Source: Hyphomicrobiales bacterium (GTDB lineage Bacteria > Pseudomonadota > Alphaproteobacteria > Rhizobiales > OSC116). Taken from it: 64,000 bases of DNA. A program made the translations under genes and the position numbers. Under the pieces are notes generated by a model. It saw nothing but the letters and a program-made list of their open reading frames with translations, made no database searches and was not told the origin of the DNA. Shown one piece after another: positions 18,939 through 28,679 of this stretch; position 1 is the stretch's first letter, and each line of letters opens with the position of its first letter. Location of the stretch: the NCBI GenBank assembly GCA_051531935.1, contig JAOPTR010000022.1:1963-65962 (forward strand). Direction: 5' to 3'.

Positions 18939-19747
18939 TGCGTAGAATAATTGTTGTCATTATTTGTTTGATATGCGTGGCTTCAAATGTTGGTGCTGCG
19001 CCAAATTTCCCAAAATTTACATCGAATGTGGTTGATGAAGCGGGCATATTAAATGCAGGCAATCAACAAAATATAAATGCAAAAATTGATGCGTTTGAAA
19101 AAGCAACAGGCATACAAATTGCTGTTGCGACGGTCTCATCGCTTGAGGGATATGAAATTAGAGACTATGGGTATCGGCTTGCGCGAGAGTGGCAACTTGG
19201 CCAACAAGATTTGAATAATGGCGTGCTATTGTTAGTGGCACCTCATGAACGCAAGGTATCTATAGAGGTTGGTTATGGCCTGGAGGGCGAGCTAACTGAT
19301 GCATTGAGCTTTGTGATTATTGAAGAATATATAATACCCAAATTTAAGCGTGATAAAATAAGTGGTGGCGTTGAAAAAGGCGTGGAGCTTATTATTAAAA
19401 GCCTAAAGGGTGATTATAAAAACAAGAAACTATCGCAGAAGATTGATGTTTGGAAAGGCATTAGACTAACTTCGATACTATTTTTACTTGTTATATTTTC
19501 CTTACTTCCTGTTTTGTTTGAAGAATATCTAATTGGTAAAGTGATAAGCCATGCTAGAAAGCGCGCGAATTTGCAGCCAGACGAACGGGTTGAATTGAAA
19601 TTTCGCGACCATTCATTGATTTTGCTCATTAAAATTGCAGCCCAGATTATAAAAATCTTGTTTATGATTTTGGTGGGTGGCAAGGGTAAATCAAAAAGCG
19701 GTGGTGGCGGTAGCTTTGGCGGTGGCGGCGCATCGGCTAAATGGTGA
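18938..19747 (+). CDS. Second TPM-domain (YgcG-like) protein, paralog of 17579-18301
   Basis: Shares QI.VATVSSLE.YEIRDYGY.LAR.W.LGQ.D.NNGVLLL.APHERKVSIEVGYGLEG.LTDALSF.II and the tail GGGSFGGGGAS..W with the first TPM protein. Its ATG overlaps the upstream stop (TAATG). Confidence 0.8.
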   Translation: MRRIIVVIICLICVASNVGAAPNFPKFTSNVVDEAGILNAGNQQNINAKIDAFEKATGIQIAVATVSSLEGYEIRDYGYRLAREWQLGQQDLNNGVLLLVAPHERKVSIEVGYGLEGELTDALSFVIIEEYIIPKFKRDKISGGVEKGVELIIKSLKGDYKNKKLSQKIDVWKGIRLTSILFLLVIFSLLPVLFEEYLIGKVISHARKRANLQPDERVELKFRDHSLILLIKIAAQIIKILFMILVGGKGKSKSGGGGSFGGGGASAKW

Positions 19748-19835
19748 TGAGACTATGTTCTGTCGTCATATTATTTATTCCGCTTGGCAATGATTATATT
19801 CATCTAGATTTATATGCAAATAAATCATCGGCTAT

Positions 19836-19854
19836 GTGAAATTTGCAATTTCAC
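19836..19854. promoter_or_regulatory. Perfect 8-3-8 palindrome upstream of the NAD-GDH gene (candidate operator)
   Basis: gtgaaatt-tgc-aatttcac, about 150 nt upstream of the ATG at 20007. AT-rich and not followed by a T run, so unlikely to be a terminator. Confidence 0.3.
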
Positions 19855-20006
19855 CGTATTTTAAATTCGCTTACGGTCACTTTAAGTATTTTTTGGTTTA
19901 TAGTTAACGGTTTATTATACACTATGGGGCAAGGGTATTGTTAATTGTATATTTTTACAAATTATAGTTGAACTTGGGGGGCTGGTTTGACTTACGGAGG
20001 ATAAAG

Positions 20007-23000
20007 ATGAGCGCAGAATCACAGAAGAAAAATGAAATCGTTGATATGGTTGTCGATATTTTGACATCTGATAAATCTCACCAAAATTCGGAAGTTGGAT
20101 TTGAAACCTTTTTGGCGGCATTTTTAAAACGTGGCAATGAAGATGATTATATACGCATGGGCGTTGATCATCTGTGCGAGCAATTATCTGGCAGTTGGGA
20201 TATGGCGCAAAGCCGCAAGTTTGGCAGCCCAAAAATTACCATTCATTCTGACACTCATGACAATCATGATGCGCAATCTTATGTTCATATTATCAATGAT
20301 GATACGCCGTTTTTGTTTGATTCGATTTTAAATGAGCTTAACGAATTATCGCATAGCCCTAAATTTGTATTGCATCCGCTGATTATTGTGAAACGTGATG
20401 CCAAAGGTGCCTTAACAAAAATTGTTGGCGATGACGAATATACGGGCGATATGGCGGGTTCGGCACGTGAAAGCCATGTTCATATTGTGATTGATAAACT
20501 TGGTGATATTGAACAAGATGTTTTGATTGCTGGGCTTGAAAAGACCTTAGAAAATGTACGTTATGCGGTGCAAGACTGGAAGCCAATGGGCGCCCGATTG
20601 CAAGCCGTATTAGATGGTTATATTAAACAAGCGCCAAATGTGCCACCTGCTGAACTTGAAGAATCTATGGATTTTTTACGTTGGTTGATGGATGATAATT
20701 TTACATTTTTGGGCCTGCGTGAATATTGCTTTGAAAGTGAAAGCTTAGACGGCAGTTTTGTGCATGTGGCGGATACCAGTTTAGGTGTGTTACGTGACCT
20801 AGACGTGGAAGTGCTAAAACGCGGTGGTAAAAACCTAACCATCACGCCAGAAATTTTGGATTTTATCTTACGCCCTGAGCCGATTTTTGTGGCCAAAGCC
20901 AATATAAAATCAGTTGTGCATCGTCGCATCTATATGGATTATATTGGACTTAAATTATATGATGCCAATGGTGATATTTCGGGCGAACTGAAATTGGTTG
21001 GTTTGTTTACATCGGGCGCTTATACTGCCTCGCCAATGCGCATACCGTTGTTGCGCCGTAAGCTTGAGCATGTGATTGAGGCATCTGGTTTAAAACCGAG
21101 CAGCCATAGTGGCAAAGCGTTGACCAATGTTTTGGAAAGCTACCCGCGTGATGAATTATTCCAAATTGAAGGTGATTTATTACTTGAATTTGCAACTTCG
21201 ATTCAGCGTTTAGATGAACGCCCTTTAACACGCGCATTTATTAGGCCTGATAAATTTGACCGCTTTGTTTCGGTTTTGGTTTATGTAGCACGCGATCATT
21301 ATAACTCGGAAATTCGTGAAAAAATTGGCGAATATTTAGCCGAAAGATTTGATGGACGTGTATCTGCGGTTTATCCTTCATTTCCTGAAGGTATGATGGC
21401 GCGCGCGCATTTTATCATCGGACGGAATGAAAACCCATTACCTGCATTTGATGCACTTGAAGTTGAAGCTGAAGTGCATGAAATTATCCGTACATGGAAA
21501 GATAAGTTTTTTGATGAGCTGGACAATAACAGCCTTGGCCTCATTGCGCGTGAATTAATGCGCCAATATGGTGATGGTTTTAGTGCCGCTTACCGCGAAA
21601 ACTTTAGCGCGGCGACTGCCATAGAAGACATTGCTGTGATGCATAAATTACGCGAAGTTGGTGATATTAACGCCAAACTTGTGGAACGTAATGCGGTGAA
21701 TAATGACGAAGTTTCTTTGAAGCTTTACCATTATGGCGAACCAATTGCGCTATCTGACCGTATGCCGATTATTGAGAATATGGGTTTTAGAGCCATTAAT
21801 GAACGTTCTTACTGCGTAAAACGTAGCAATGGTGAGCAGAATGAAATTTGGATACATGACATTTCACTTGAAAGCCATGATGGCAATAATATTGACATCA
21901 GTGTTAAAGGTGATTTGTTGCAAGAAGCGTTTTTAGCGATTTGGAAAAAACGTGCTGAAGATGATGGCTTTAACAAATTAATATTAAGTGATGCTGTGCA
22001 TTGGCGCGATGTAGCTATGTTGCGGACTTATGGCCGTTACCTAAAACAAGCGGGGCTATCGTTTAGCCAACGCTATGTTTGGGATACATTACGCAAACAT
22101 GGTGAAATTACTGCCAAATTTGTTGAATTATTCCATATGAAATTTAATTTGGACGATAAGAAAAAGGACTTAAAAGCCCAAAGAAAAGTTGAAGACGGAA
22201 TTATTGCTTCTTTAGAAGAAGTTTCGAGCCTTGATGAAGACCGCATTATTCGTGCTATTTTGAACGTGATGCAGGCGACCATTCGGACAAACTTTTACCA
22301 AAAAGCGGCTGATGGCAATGAAATGCCAACCATTTCGCTGAAAATTAGATCTCGTAAAGTGGATGCTTTGCCTGATCCGAAACCATTGGCCGAAATATTT
22401 GTTTATTCGCCTAGAGTTGAAGGTGTGCATTTACGCGGTGGTGAAATTGCCCGTGGTGGTTTGCGTTGGTCTGACCGTTTAGAAGATTTTCGTACCGAAG
22501 TGTTGGGCTTGGTGAAAGCACAACAAGTGAAAAATGCAGTGATTGTGCCTGTGGGTAGTAAAGGTGGCTTTGTGCCAAAACATTTACCTGTTGGCGGCAC
22601 ACGCGAAGAATTTATGGCCGAAGGCATCGCTTGCTACAAATTATTTGTCGGCAGCTTGTTGGACATTACCGACAATTTGGATGGCGAAACAGTAATTCCG
22701 CCGAAAGACGTTGTGCGGTTAGACAAAGACGACCCTTATTTGGTGGTGGCGGCTGACAAAGGCACGGCGACATTCTCGGACATTGCCAACGGTTTATCTG
22801 ACGATCGAGGTTTTTGGCTTTCGGATGCTTTTGCTTCTGGCGGTAGTGTTGGTTATGACCATAAAGTGATGGGCATTACAGCCCGCGGTGGTTGGGAAGC
22901 GGTGAAACGCCATTTCCGTGAAGAAAACCATGACATTCAGAATGAGCCATTCCGCGCGATTGGTGTCGGCGATATGTCTGGTGACGTATTTGGTAACGGC

Positions 23001-24842
23001 ATGTTGCTTTCGGAGCAAACCAAGCTTGTGGCGGCATTTGACCATAGAGATATTTTTATTGATCCAGACCCTGATGTGGCCAAGAGTTTTGTTGAGCGTA
23101 AGCGCTTGTTCGAAATGCCAAGATCATCTTGGGTTGAATATAATAAAGAGCTTATTTCTAAGGGTGGTGGCATATTCAGCCGCGCGCTAAAATCTATTCC
23201 GTTGAGTGATGAAATACGCGAAATGACTGGTTTGACAGGTGAAACTGCCACACCAAACGACTTAATGCGTGCCTTATTATGCGCTGAAACTGACCTATTG
23301 TGGTTTGGTGGTATTGGTACATATATTAGAGCCACAACAGAAACCAATGCCGAAGCAGGTGACCGCGCCAATGATGCGATACGCATTACCGCGCCAGAAC
23401 TAAAAGCCAAAGTATTAGGTGAGGGTGCAAACCTTGGCATTACCCATAATGCGCGGATTGAATTTGCCAAATTAGGCGGCAAAATTAATACGGACGCGAT
23501 TGACAATAGTGCGGGTGTGAACAGCTCGGACATGGAAGTGAATATTAAAATTGCGCTCGGACGTGCTGTGCAAAATGGCAAGTTGAACTATGAAAGTCGC
23601 AACGTGCTGCTAGCCAGCATGACAGACGAAGTGGCGAAACTGGTGTTGCGCAATAACTATTTGCAAACATTATCTATTACGCTTGCAGGTATGCGCAACA
23701 AAGAAGATATGGGCTTTTACGAGCGTTTAATGTTGAAGCTTGAAGAAACTGGTGAGCTAAACCGCGAAATTGAATTTTTGCCTGACAGCGCTGAAATGGC
23801 GGCACGTGAAACAGCTGAAAAAGGCCTAGAACGCCCCGAATTGGCAGTATTGCTGGCTTATGCCAAAATTTCATTATATGAAACTTTGTTGAAATCTGAC
23901 GTTGTGGATGATGAATATTTGGGTAAGGAATTATACCGTTACTTCCCTGAAACCATGCATGCTGGTTATAAAGATGAAATTGAAGGCCATAAATTGCGCC
24001 GTGAAATTATTGCCACGCGCCTTTCTAACCTGATGATTAACCGCGGTGGCCCTGCCTTTGTGCGTTCTATTGCCGATCAATCTGGTGCTGAAGCTGACCA
24101 AGTGGCGAGTGCATTTGCCATGGCATATGATAGTTTTGAATTGCTATCATTTAACGACCAAATTGATGATTTAGACAGCAAGATAGATTCTGATATTCAA
24201 TTGCGGCTTTATATGAAAGTGCAAAACTTATTACGCCGCCAGACCATTTGGTTCTTGCGCCATGTGAGTGAAGGCAAAACCGATATGGCCAAAACTGTTG
24301 GCCGCTATAAAGATGGTATTAAGACACTTGTTGACGGATTTGCAGATTATTTGCCTGCGGAGAGCTTTGACTTTGTGCAAAAACAAGCCGCTGAATTTGT
24401 GGCTGCCGGTGTGCCTAAGAAATTTGCGGAAATTATGGCATCGACCCGTTATTTGGACAATGCCTCTGACATCGTACGGGTGGCGGAACGTTCTGGTGCG
24501 AAACTTGAGGATGTGGCGAAGCTTTACTTCTCGGTTGGTGACTTTATGGGCATTCAATGGTTGGTTTCGGGCGCACGCAAAATGCCTGTAAATGACCTTT
24601 ATGATCGCTTGGCTGTAAACCGCACAATTGATGGATTGCAAGCCACACATAGACGCATTGTGATTGACATTTTGAGCCAAGACAAAGACAAAGAAAAAGC
24701 TTTGGCATTGTGGAAGCAGAAAAATGCTGATGAAATTGCACGGGCTAACATTGCGATTACCAATGTAAGTGCCTCTGGTGATTTGAGCTTGGCGAAATTG
24801 GCTGTGGCCAGTGCGCATATATCGGACGTTGTTGAGAGCTAA
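20007..24842 (+). CDS. NAD-specific glutamate dehydrogenase, large (about 180 kDa) class
   Basis: 1611 aa. The catalytic-core motif RGGLRWSDRLEDFRTEVLGLVKAQQVKNAVIVPVGSKGGF and AADKGTATFSD are diagnostic of the large bacterial NAD-GDH family. ATG at 20007 with SD ggagg. Confidence 0.9.
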   Translation: MSAESQKKNEIVDMVVDILTSDKSHQNSEVGFETFLAAFLKRGNEDDYIRMGVDHLCEQLSGSWDMAQSRKFGSPKITIHSDTHDNHDAQSYVHIINDDTPFLFDSILNELNELSHSPKFVLHPLIIVKRDAKGALTKIVGDDEYTGDMAGSARESHVHIVIDKLGDIEQDVLIAGLEKTLENVRYAVQDWKPMGARLQAVLDGYIKQAPNVPPAELEESMDFLRWLMDDNFTFLGLREYCFESESLDGSFVHVADTSLGVLRDLDVEVLKRGGKNLTITPEILDFILRPEPIFVAKANIKSVVHRRIYMDYIGLKLYDANGDISGELKLVGLFTSGAYTASPMRIPLLRRKLEHVIEASGLKPSSHSGKALTNVLESYPRDELFQIEGDLLLEFATSIQRLDERPLTRAFIRPDKFDRFVSVLVYVARDHYNSEIREKIGEYLAERFDGRVSAVYPSFPEGMMARAHFIIGRNENPLPAFDALEVEAEVHEIIRTWKDKFFDELDNNSLGLIARELMRQYGDGFSAAYRENFSAATAIEDIAVMHKLREVGDINAKLVERNAVNNDEVSLKLYHYGEPIALSDRMPIIENMGFRAINERSYCVKRSNGEQNEIWIHDISLESHDGNNIDISVKGDLLQEAFLAIWKKRAEDDGFNKLILSDAVHWRDVAMLRTYGRYLKQAGLSFSQRYVWDTLRKHGEITAKFVELFHMKFNLDDKKKDLKAQRKVEDGIIASLEEVSSLDEDRIIRAILNVMQATIRTNFYQKAADGNEMPTISLKIRSRKVDALPDPKPLAEIFVYSPRVEGVHLRGGEIARGGLRWSDRLEDFRTEVLGLVKAQQVKNAVIVPVGSKGGFVPKHLPVGGTREEFMAEGIACYKLFVGSLLDITDNLDGETVIPPKDVVRLDKDDPYLVVAADKGTATFSDIANGLSDDRGFWLSDAFASGGSVGYDHKVMGITARGGWEAVKRHFREENHDIQNEPFRAIGVGDMSGDVFGNGMLLSEQTKLVAAFDHRDIFIDPDPDVAKSFVERKRLFEMPRSSWVEYNKELISKGGGIFSRALKSIPLSDEIREMTGLTGETATPNDLMRALLCAETDLLWFGGIGTYIRATTETNAEAGDRANDAIRITAPELKAKVLGEGANLGITHNARIEFAKLGGKINTDAIDNSAGVNSSDMEVNIKIALGRAVQNGKLNYESRNVLLASMTDEVAKLVLRNNYLQTLSITLAGMRNKEDMGFYERLMLKLEETGELNREIEFLPDSAEMAARETAEKGLERPELAVLLAYAKISLYETLLKSDVVDDEYLGKELYRYFPETMHAGYKDEIEGHKLRREIIATRLSNLMINRGGPAFVRSIADQSGAEADQVASAFAMAYDSFELLSFNDQIDDLDSKIDSDIQLRLYMKVQNLLRRQTIWFLRHVSEGKTDMAKTVGRYKDGIKTLVDGFADYLPAESFDFVQKQAAEFVAAGVPKKFAEIMASTRYLDNASDIVRVAERSGAKLEDVAKLYFSVGDFMGIQWLVSGARKMPVNDLYDRLAVNRTIDGLQATHRRIVIDILSQDKDKEKALALWKQKNADEIARANIAITNVSASGDLSLAKLAVASAHISDVVES

Positions 24843-25075
24843 ACAATACTGAATTTAGTTTATGGCTCCTGCATTTATGTGGGGGCCGTAACTGTTTTTG
24901 CTCTCTAAAAATATGTGCTTATTGATGGCTGAATTGCCAAGGGACTGGTTGACCTTTTTTGCTTGTTGCCCATTGCTGCTCGGTTGATGATACTGACGTT
25001 GGGGTAAGTGGAATGTGGCTTGTCTCGGTTATATTTTAGTGCTTAACTGTGGTCATTCTTTTAGCGGGGAGGCTT

Positions 25076-26473
25076 ATGAAGGACAGTTTTGCGAGTAAGA
25101 CACCAAATGCAGGTGCGGATTTTAAAGGCCGATTTGGCTGGATGATGTTTGACTGGGCGGCACAGCCTTATTTTACGCTTATTTTGACATTTATTTTTGC
25201 GCCTTATTTTACCAATCATTTTATGGATAATGGTGTGGAGGGGCAAGCTGCTTGGTCGTTTACTCAAACTGCAGCGGGCATTATTTTGGCAATTTCGGCA
25301 CCTATATTGGGTGCGATTGCAGACCGAACTGGCCCGCGTAAACCGTGGATTTTTGTTTTTTCCATCATTTATGTGGTTGGTGCGAGTATGTTATGGTTTG
25401 CCGCGCCCGGTGCTGCGGATATGACAACATTTGTAATTATCGGCATTATATTGGCGGCGATCGGCATTGAATTTACAGGTGTATTTAACAACGCTATGCT
25501 GCCCAACGTGGCGCTGCCCGGCAAAATGGGCAAGCTGTCTGGCTTTGGCTGGGCGCTTGGTTATGTTGGCGGTTTGATTACATTGATTGTGGTGCTGGGC
25601 TTACTTTCGGCCTCGAAAGAAACGGGACTGACCATGTTAGGGCTGACCCCGATTATTGGGTTTGACCCGCACCAATATGAGGCTGACCGATTTGTGGGGC
25701 CTCTTGCGGCCATATGGTATGTGATTTTTGTGATTCCTTTGTTTTTGTTTACGCCAGATGAAGTGTCTAGCGAAGTGAAAAAAGCCAAAATTTTGGATGC
25801 AGCGGTTGGTGGGCTTAAAGACACTTGGGAATTGCTGAAAGGCCTTAAACACAAACCGAATATTTTGAAGTTTTTCTTTGCGCGGATGATTTATTATGAT
25901 GGATTGTCGGCTTTATTTGCCTTTGGCGGCATTTATGCGAGCTTCGTATTTGATTGGACAATCACAACTTTGGGCATATTTGGCATTATATTGTCGGTAG
26001 CGGCTGCGCTTGGTGCTTATGTTGGTGGGTTTTGTGACGACTTATTTGGCCCTAAGAAAACCATTATTATCTCGTTAATTGGGCTTATTATTTCGGCATT
26101 AGGTATATTGTCTGTCACTAAAACCAGTGCTTTATGGTTTGTGGAATTGCCGCAAAACACTGGTGAAACGGGGCTTTTTGCGACATTGGGTGAACAGATT
26201 ATATTGATATTTGGCATTGGCATTGGTTTGTTTGCCGGCCCTGCACAAGCAGCGAGCCGCACCATGTTGGTAAAGATTATACCAGAAGGTGAAACCACTA
26301 AATATTTTGGTTTATTTGCTTTATCTGGCAAGGCAACCGCGTTTTTGGCGCCATTGGTAATTGGCATTTTAACCCTGACATTTAATGACCAGCGGATGAG
26401 TTTGGTGACTATTATTGGCTTCTTATTGGTTGGGATTGTGATTTTTGCCATGGTGAAAGAGCAACGAGATTAA
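25076..26473 (+). CDS. MFS transporter, UMF1 (Atg22-like) family
   Basis: About 12 predicted TM helices. The N-terminal FGWMMFDWAAQPYFTLI resembles the UMF1 signature (W.LYDWANS.Y). ATG at 25076 with SD ggagg. Confidence 0.8.
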   Translation: MKDSFASKTPNAGADFKGRFGWMMFDWAAQPYFTLILTFIFAPYFTNHFMDNGVEGQAAWSFTQTAAGIILAISAPILGAIADRTGPRKPWIFVFSIIYVVGASMLWFAAPGAADMTTFVIIGIILAAIGIEFTGVFNNAMLPNVALPGKMGKLSGFGWALGYVGGLITLIVVLGLLSASKETGLTMLGLTPIIGFDPHQYEADRFVGPLAAIWYVIFVIPLFLFTPDEVSSEVKKAKILDAAVGGLKDTWELLKGLKHKPNILKFFFARMIYYDGLSALFAFGGIYASFVFDWTITTLGIFGIILSVAAALGAYVGGFCDDLFGPKKTIIISLIGLIISALGILSVTKTSALWFVELPQNTGETGLFATLGEQIILIFGIGIGLFAGPAQAASRTMLVKIIPEGETTKYFGLFALSGKATAFLAPLVIGILTLTFNDQRMSLVTIIGFLLVGIVIFAMVKEQRD

Positions 26474-26493
26474 TATTAGGTTTGGAGACGAAG

Positions 26494-26904
26494 ATGAGTA
26501 AAATATTTAAATTGGTGGCTGCATTGGTTTTTTTAATGAGCATGAGCCAAACCGCATTTGCAGCAGGGGTTTATGGCAATTGGCTAACCCAAGATGCTGA
26601 TGCGGTGATTACCATTAAAAAATGCGGCGATAGCATTTGTGGTATTATCAGCAAGCCGAGCGTTGTTGGATCTAAAGACAAGCAAAATAAAAACCCAAAA
26701 TTGCGTGACCGCCCGATTAAGGGTTTGCAAATGTTTAAGCTTGGTAAAACGGCTAACCCGAAAAAATGGGAAGGCAAATTATACAACCCAGAAGATGGTG
26801 GGACGTATGATGGCAATATTGTTTTGGTGAATGACCAAAAACTTGAGCTTGAAGGTTGTTTTTTGTTTATTTGCAAAGCCAATAGCTGGACTAAAATTAA
26901 CTAG
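26494..26904 (+). CDS. DUF2147-domain secreted protein
   Basis: Signal peptide, then GNWLTQDADAVITIKKCGDSICGIISK...KNPKLRDRPIKGL...W.GKLYNPEDGGTYDG, as in DUF2147. Confidence 0.75.
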   Translation: MSKIFKLVAALVFLMSMSQTAFAAGVYGNWLTQDADAVITIKKCGDSICGIISKPSVVGSKDKQNKNPKLRDRPIKGLQMFKLGKTANPKKWEGKLYNPEDGGTYDGNIVLVNDQKLELEGCFLFICKANSWTKIN

Positions 26905-26993
26905 GCTTTGGGTGGCAAGCGGTACGAATGTACCGCCGACCTTATTGAGATTTTTGTGCTTTGAATGGCGCTAACCATTAATGCTTGTACTTC

Positions 26994-28586
26994 TTAATGC
27001 TTAAAGTGACGCATTCCAGTGAACACCATGGCTAAGCCTGCATCATCTGCAGCCTTGATCACTTCATCATCGCGCATACTGCCACCTGGTTGGATGATGG
27101 CGGTTGCGCCTGCGGCGGCAGCGGCCATAAGACCATCTGCAAAGGGGAAGAAGGCATCTGAAGCGACCACTGAACCTTTAACTAATGATGTTGTTTCGCC
27201 TGCGGCTTCGGCAGCATCTCCCGCTTTTTGAGCGGCGACACGGGTTGAATCAATACGGCTCATTTGACCAGCGCCAATGCCAACTGTTGCGCCATCTTTT
27301 ACATAGATAATGGCGTTTGATTTCACATGCTTACAGATTTTGAATGCCAATTTCATGTCGGTTAATTCTTGCTCTGTTGGGCTGCGCTTGGTAACGGTTT
27401 TAAGTTCTAAATCGTCGACACAGCCGTTATCGCGCGATTGCACAAGCAAGCCGCCTGATACGCTGCGGATGTTCAGGCCTGCATCTTTTACATTTGGCAA
27501 TGCACCAGTGACCAACAAACGTAGGTTCTTTTTAGCAGCAATGATGGCCTTGGCCTCATCTGTTGCATCTGGAGCGATGATGACTTCGGTGAAGACTTTT
27601 ACTATTTCGGTTGCCAAATCGGCATCGATTGTATCGTTAAGTGCTACAATGCCGCCAAACGCTGAAACAGGATCGCATTTAAGGGCTGATTTATAGGCTT
27701 CTACCAAGTTTGATGCTGTTGCCACGCCACATGGGTTGGCATGTTTAATGATCGCAACGGCTTTGGTTTGTGCTGGGTTAAACTCGGCAACAAGTTCGAA
27801 CGCGGCATCTGTGTCGTTAATGTTATTAAAGCTCAGCTCTTTGCCTTGTAATTGTGTGGCTGTGGCAACACCTGGGCGGTTATCGCCATTTACATAGAAA
27901 GCTGCGGTTTGATGTGGGTTTTCACCGTAGCGTAATGTTTGTTTTAGGTTGCCGCCAAATGCGCGATAATCGGGCGTTGGGGTGTTGAGCTGATCGGCAA
28001 ACCAGTTAGAAATGGCGGCATCATATGCTGCGGTGCGGGCATAGGCTTTGGCGGCTAGTTTTTTGCGTGTATCTAATGTTGTGGCGCCTTTGTTGGTGGC
28101 CATTTCGTTTAACACGAGGTCATAATCTGAGTTTTCGAGAATGACAGTTACAAAGCCATGATTTTTAGAAGCGGCGCGGATCATCGCGGGGCCACCAATG
28201 TCGATATTTTCGACGCAATCTTCATAATTGCCACCTTTGGCGACTGTTTCTTCGAACGGGTAGAGGTTTACCACCAATAGATCTATATTTGGAATGTTAT
28301 GTGCTTCTTGTGCTGCAACATGGGCTGCATTATCGCGTAGTGACAGCAAACCACCGTGTACGGCTGGGTGAAGAGTTTTAACGCGTCCGTCCATCATTTC
28401 TGGGAAATTTGTGATGTCTGCAACATCTTTAACAGGAATGCCTGCATTGGCAATGGCTTTTGAAGTGCCGCCTGTTGAGAGCAATTCTACGCCCAAATCG
28501 TGCAATTTTTGTGCAAATTCGATGAGGCCAGTTTTATCTGACAATGAGATTAATGCGCGCTTGATGGGAAGGTTTTGAGCCGTCAT
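26994..28586 (-). CDS. purH: Bifunctional AICAR formyltransferase / IMP cyclohydrolase
   Basis: [38 protein letters not shown]-terminal [12 protein letters not shown] at 28586 with SD gaggaa. Confidence 0.95.
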   Translation of the reverse strand: MTAQNLPIKRALISLSDKTGLIEFAQKLHDLGVELLSTGGTSKAIANAGIPVKDVADITNFPEMMDGRVKTLHPAVHGGLLSLRDNAAHVAAQEAHNIPNIDLLVVNLYPFEETVAKGGNYEDCVENIDIGGPAMIRAASKNHGFVTVILENSDYDLVLNEMATNKGATTLDTRKKLAAKAYARTAAYDAAISNWFADQLNTPTPDYRAFGGNLKQTLRYGENPHQTAAFYVNGDNRPGVATATQLQGKELSFNNINDTDAAFELVAEFNPAQTKAVAIIKHANPCGVATASNLVEAYKSALKCDPVSAFGGIVALNDTIDADLATEIVKVFTEVIIAPDATDEAKAIIAAKKNLRLLVTGALPNVKDAGLNIRSVSGGLLVQSRDNGCVDDLELKTVTKRSPTEQELTDMKLAFKICKHVKSNAIIYVKDGATVGIGAGQMSRIDSTRVAAQKAGDAAEAAGETTSLVKGSVVASDAFFPFADGLMAAAAAGATAIIQPGGSMRDDEVIKAADDAGLAMVFTGMRHFKH

Positions 28587-28679
28587 TTGATTTCCTCTTC
28601 GGAATGTTTGAGACATTTAGCTATTTCAAGGTGGCAGTAACATATTGTGTGTGGTGTCGCCACAAATATATGGGGCTAT

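Noticed and set aside
26919-26936. Perfect 7-bp hairpin gcggtac-gaat-gtaccgc after the DUF2147 gene
   Set aside because: There is no adjacent T tract on either strand. It may contribute to termination between the convergent DUF2147 and purH genes, but the evidence is too weak to annotate.
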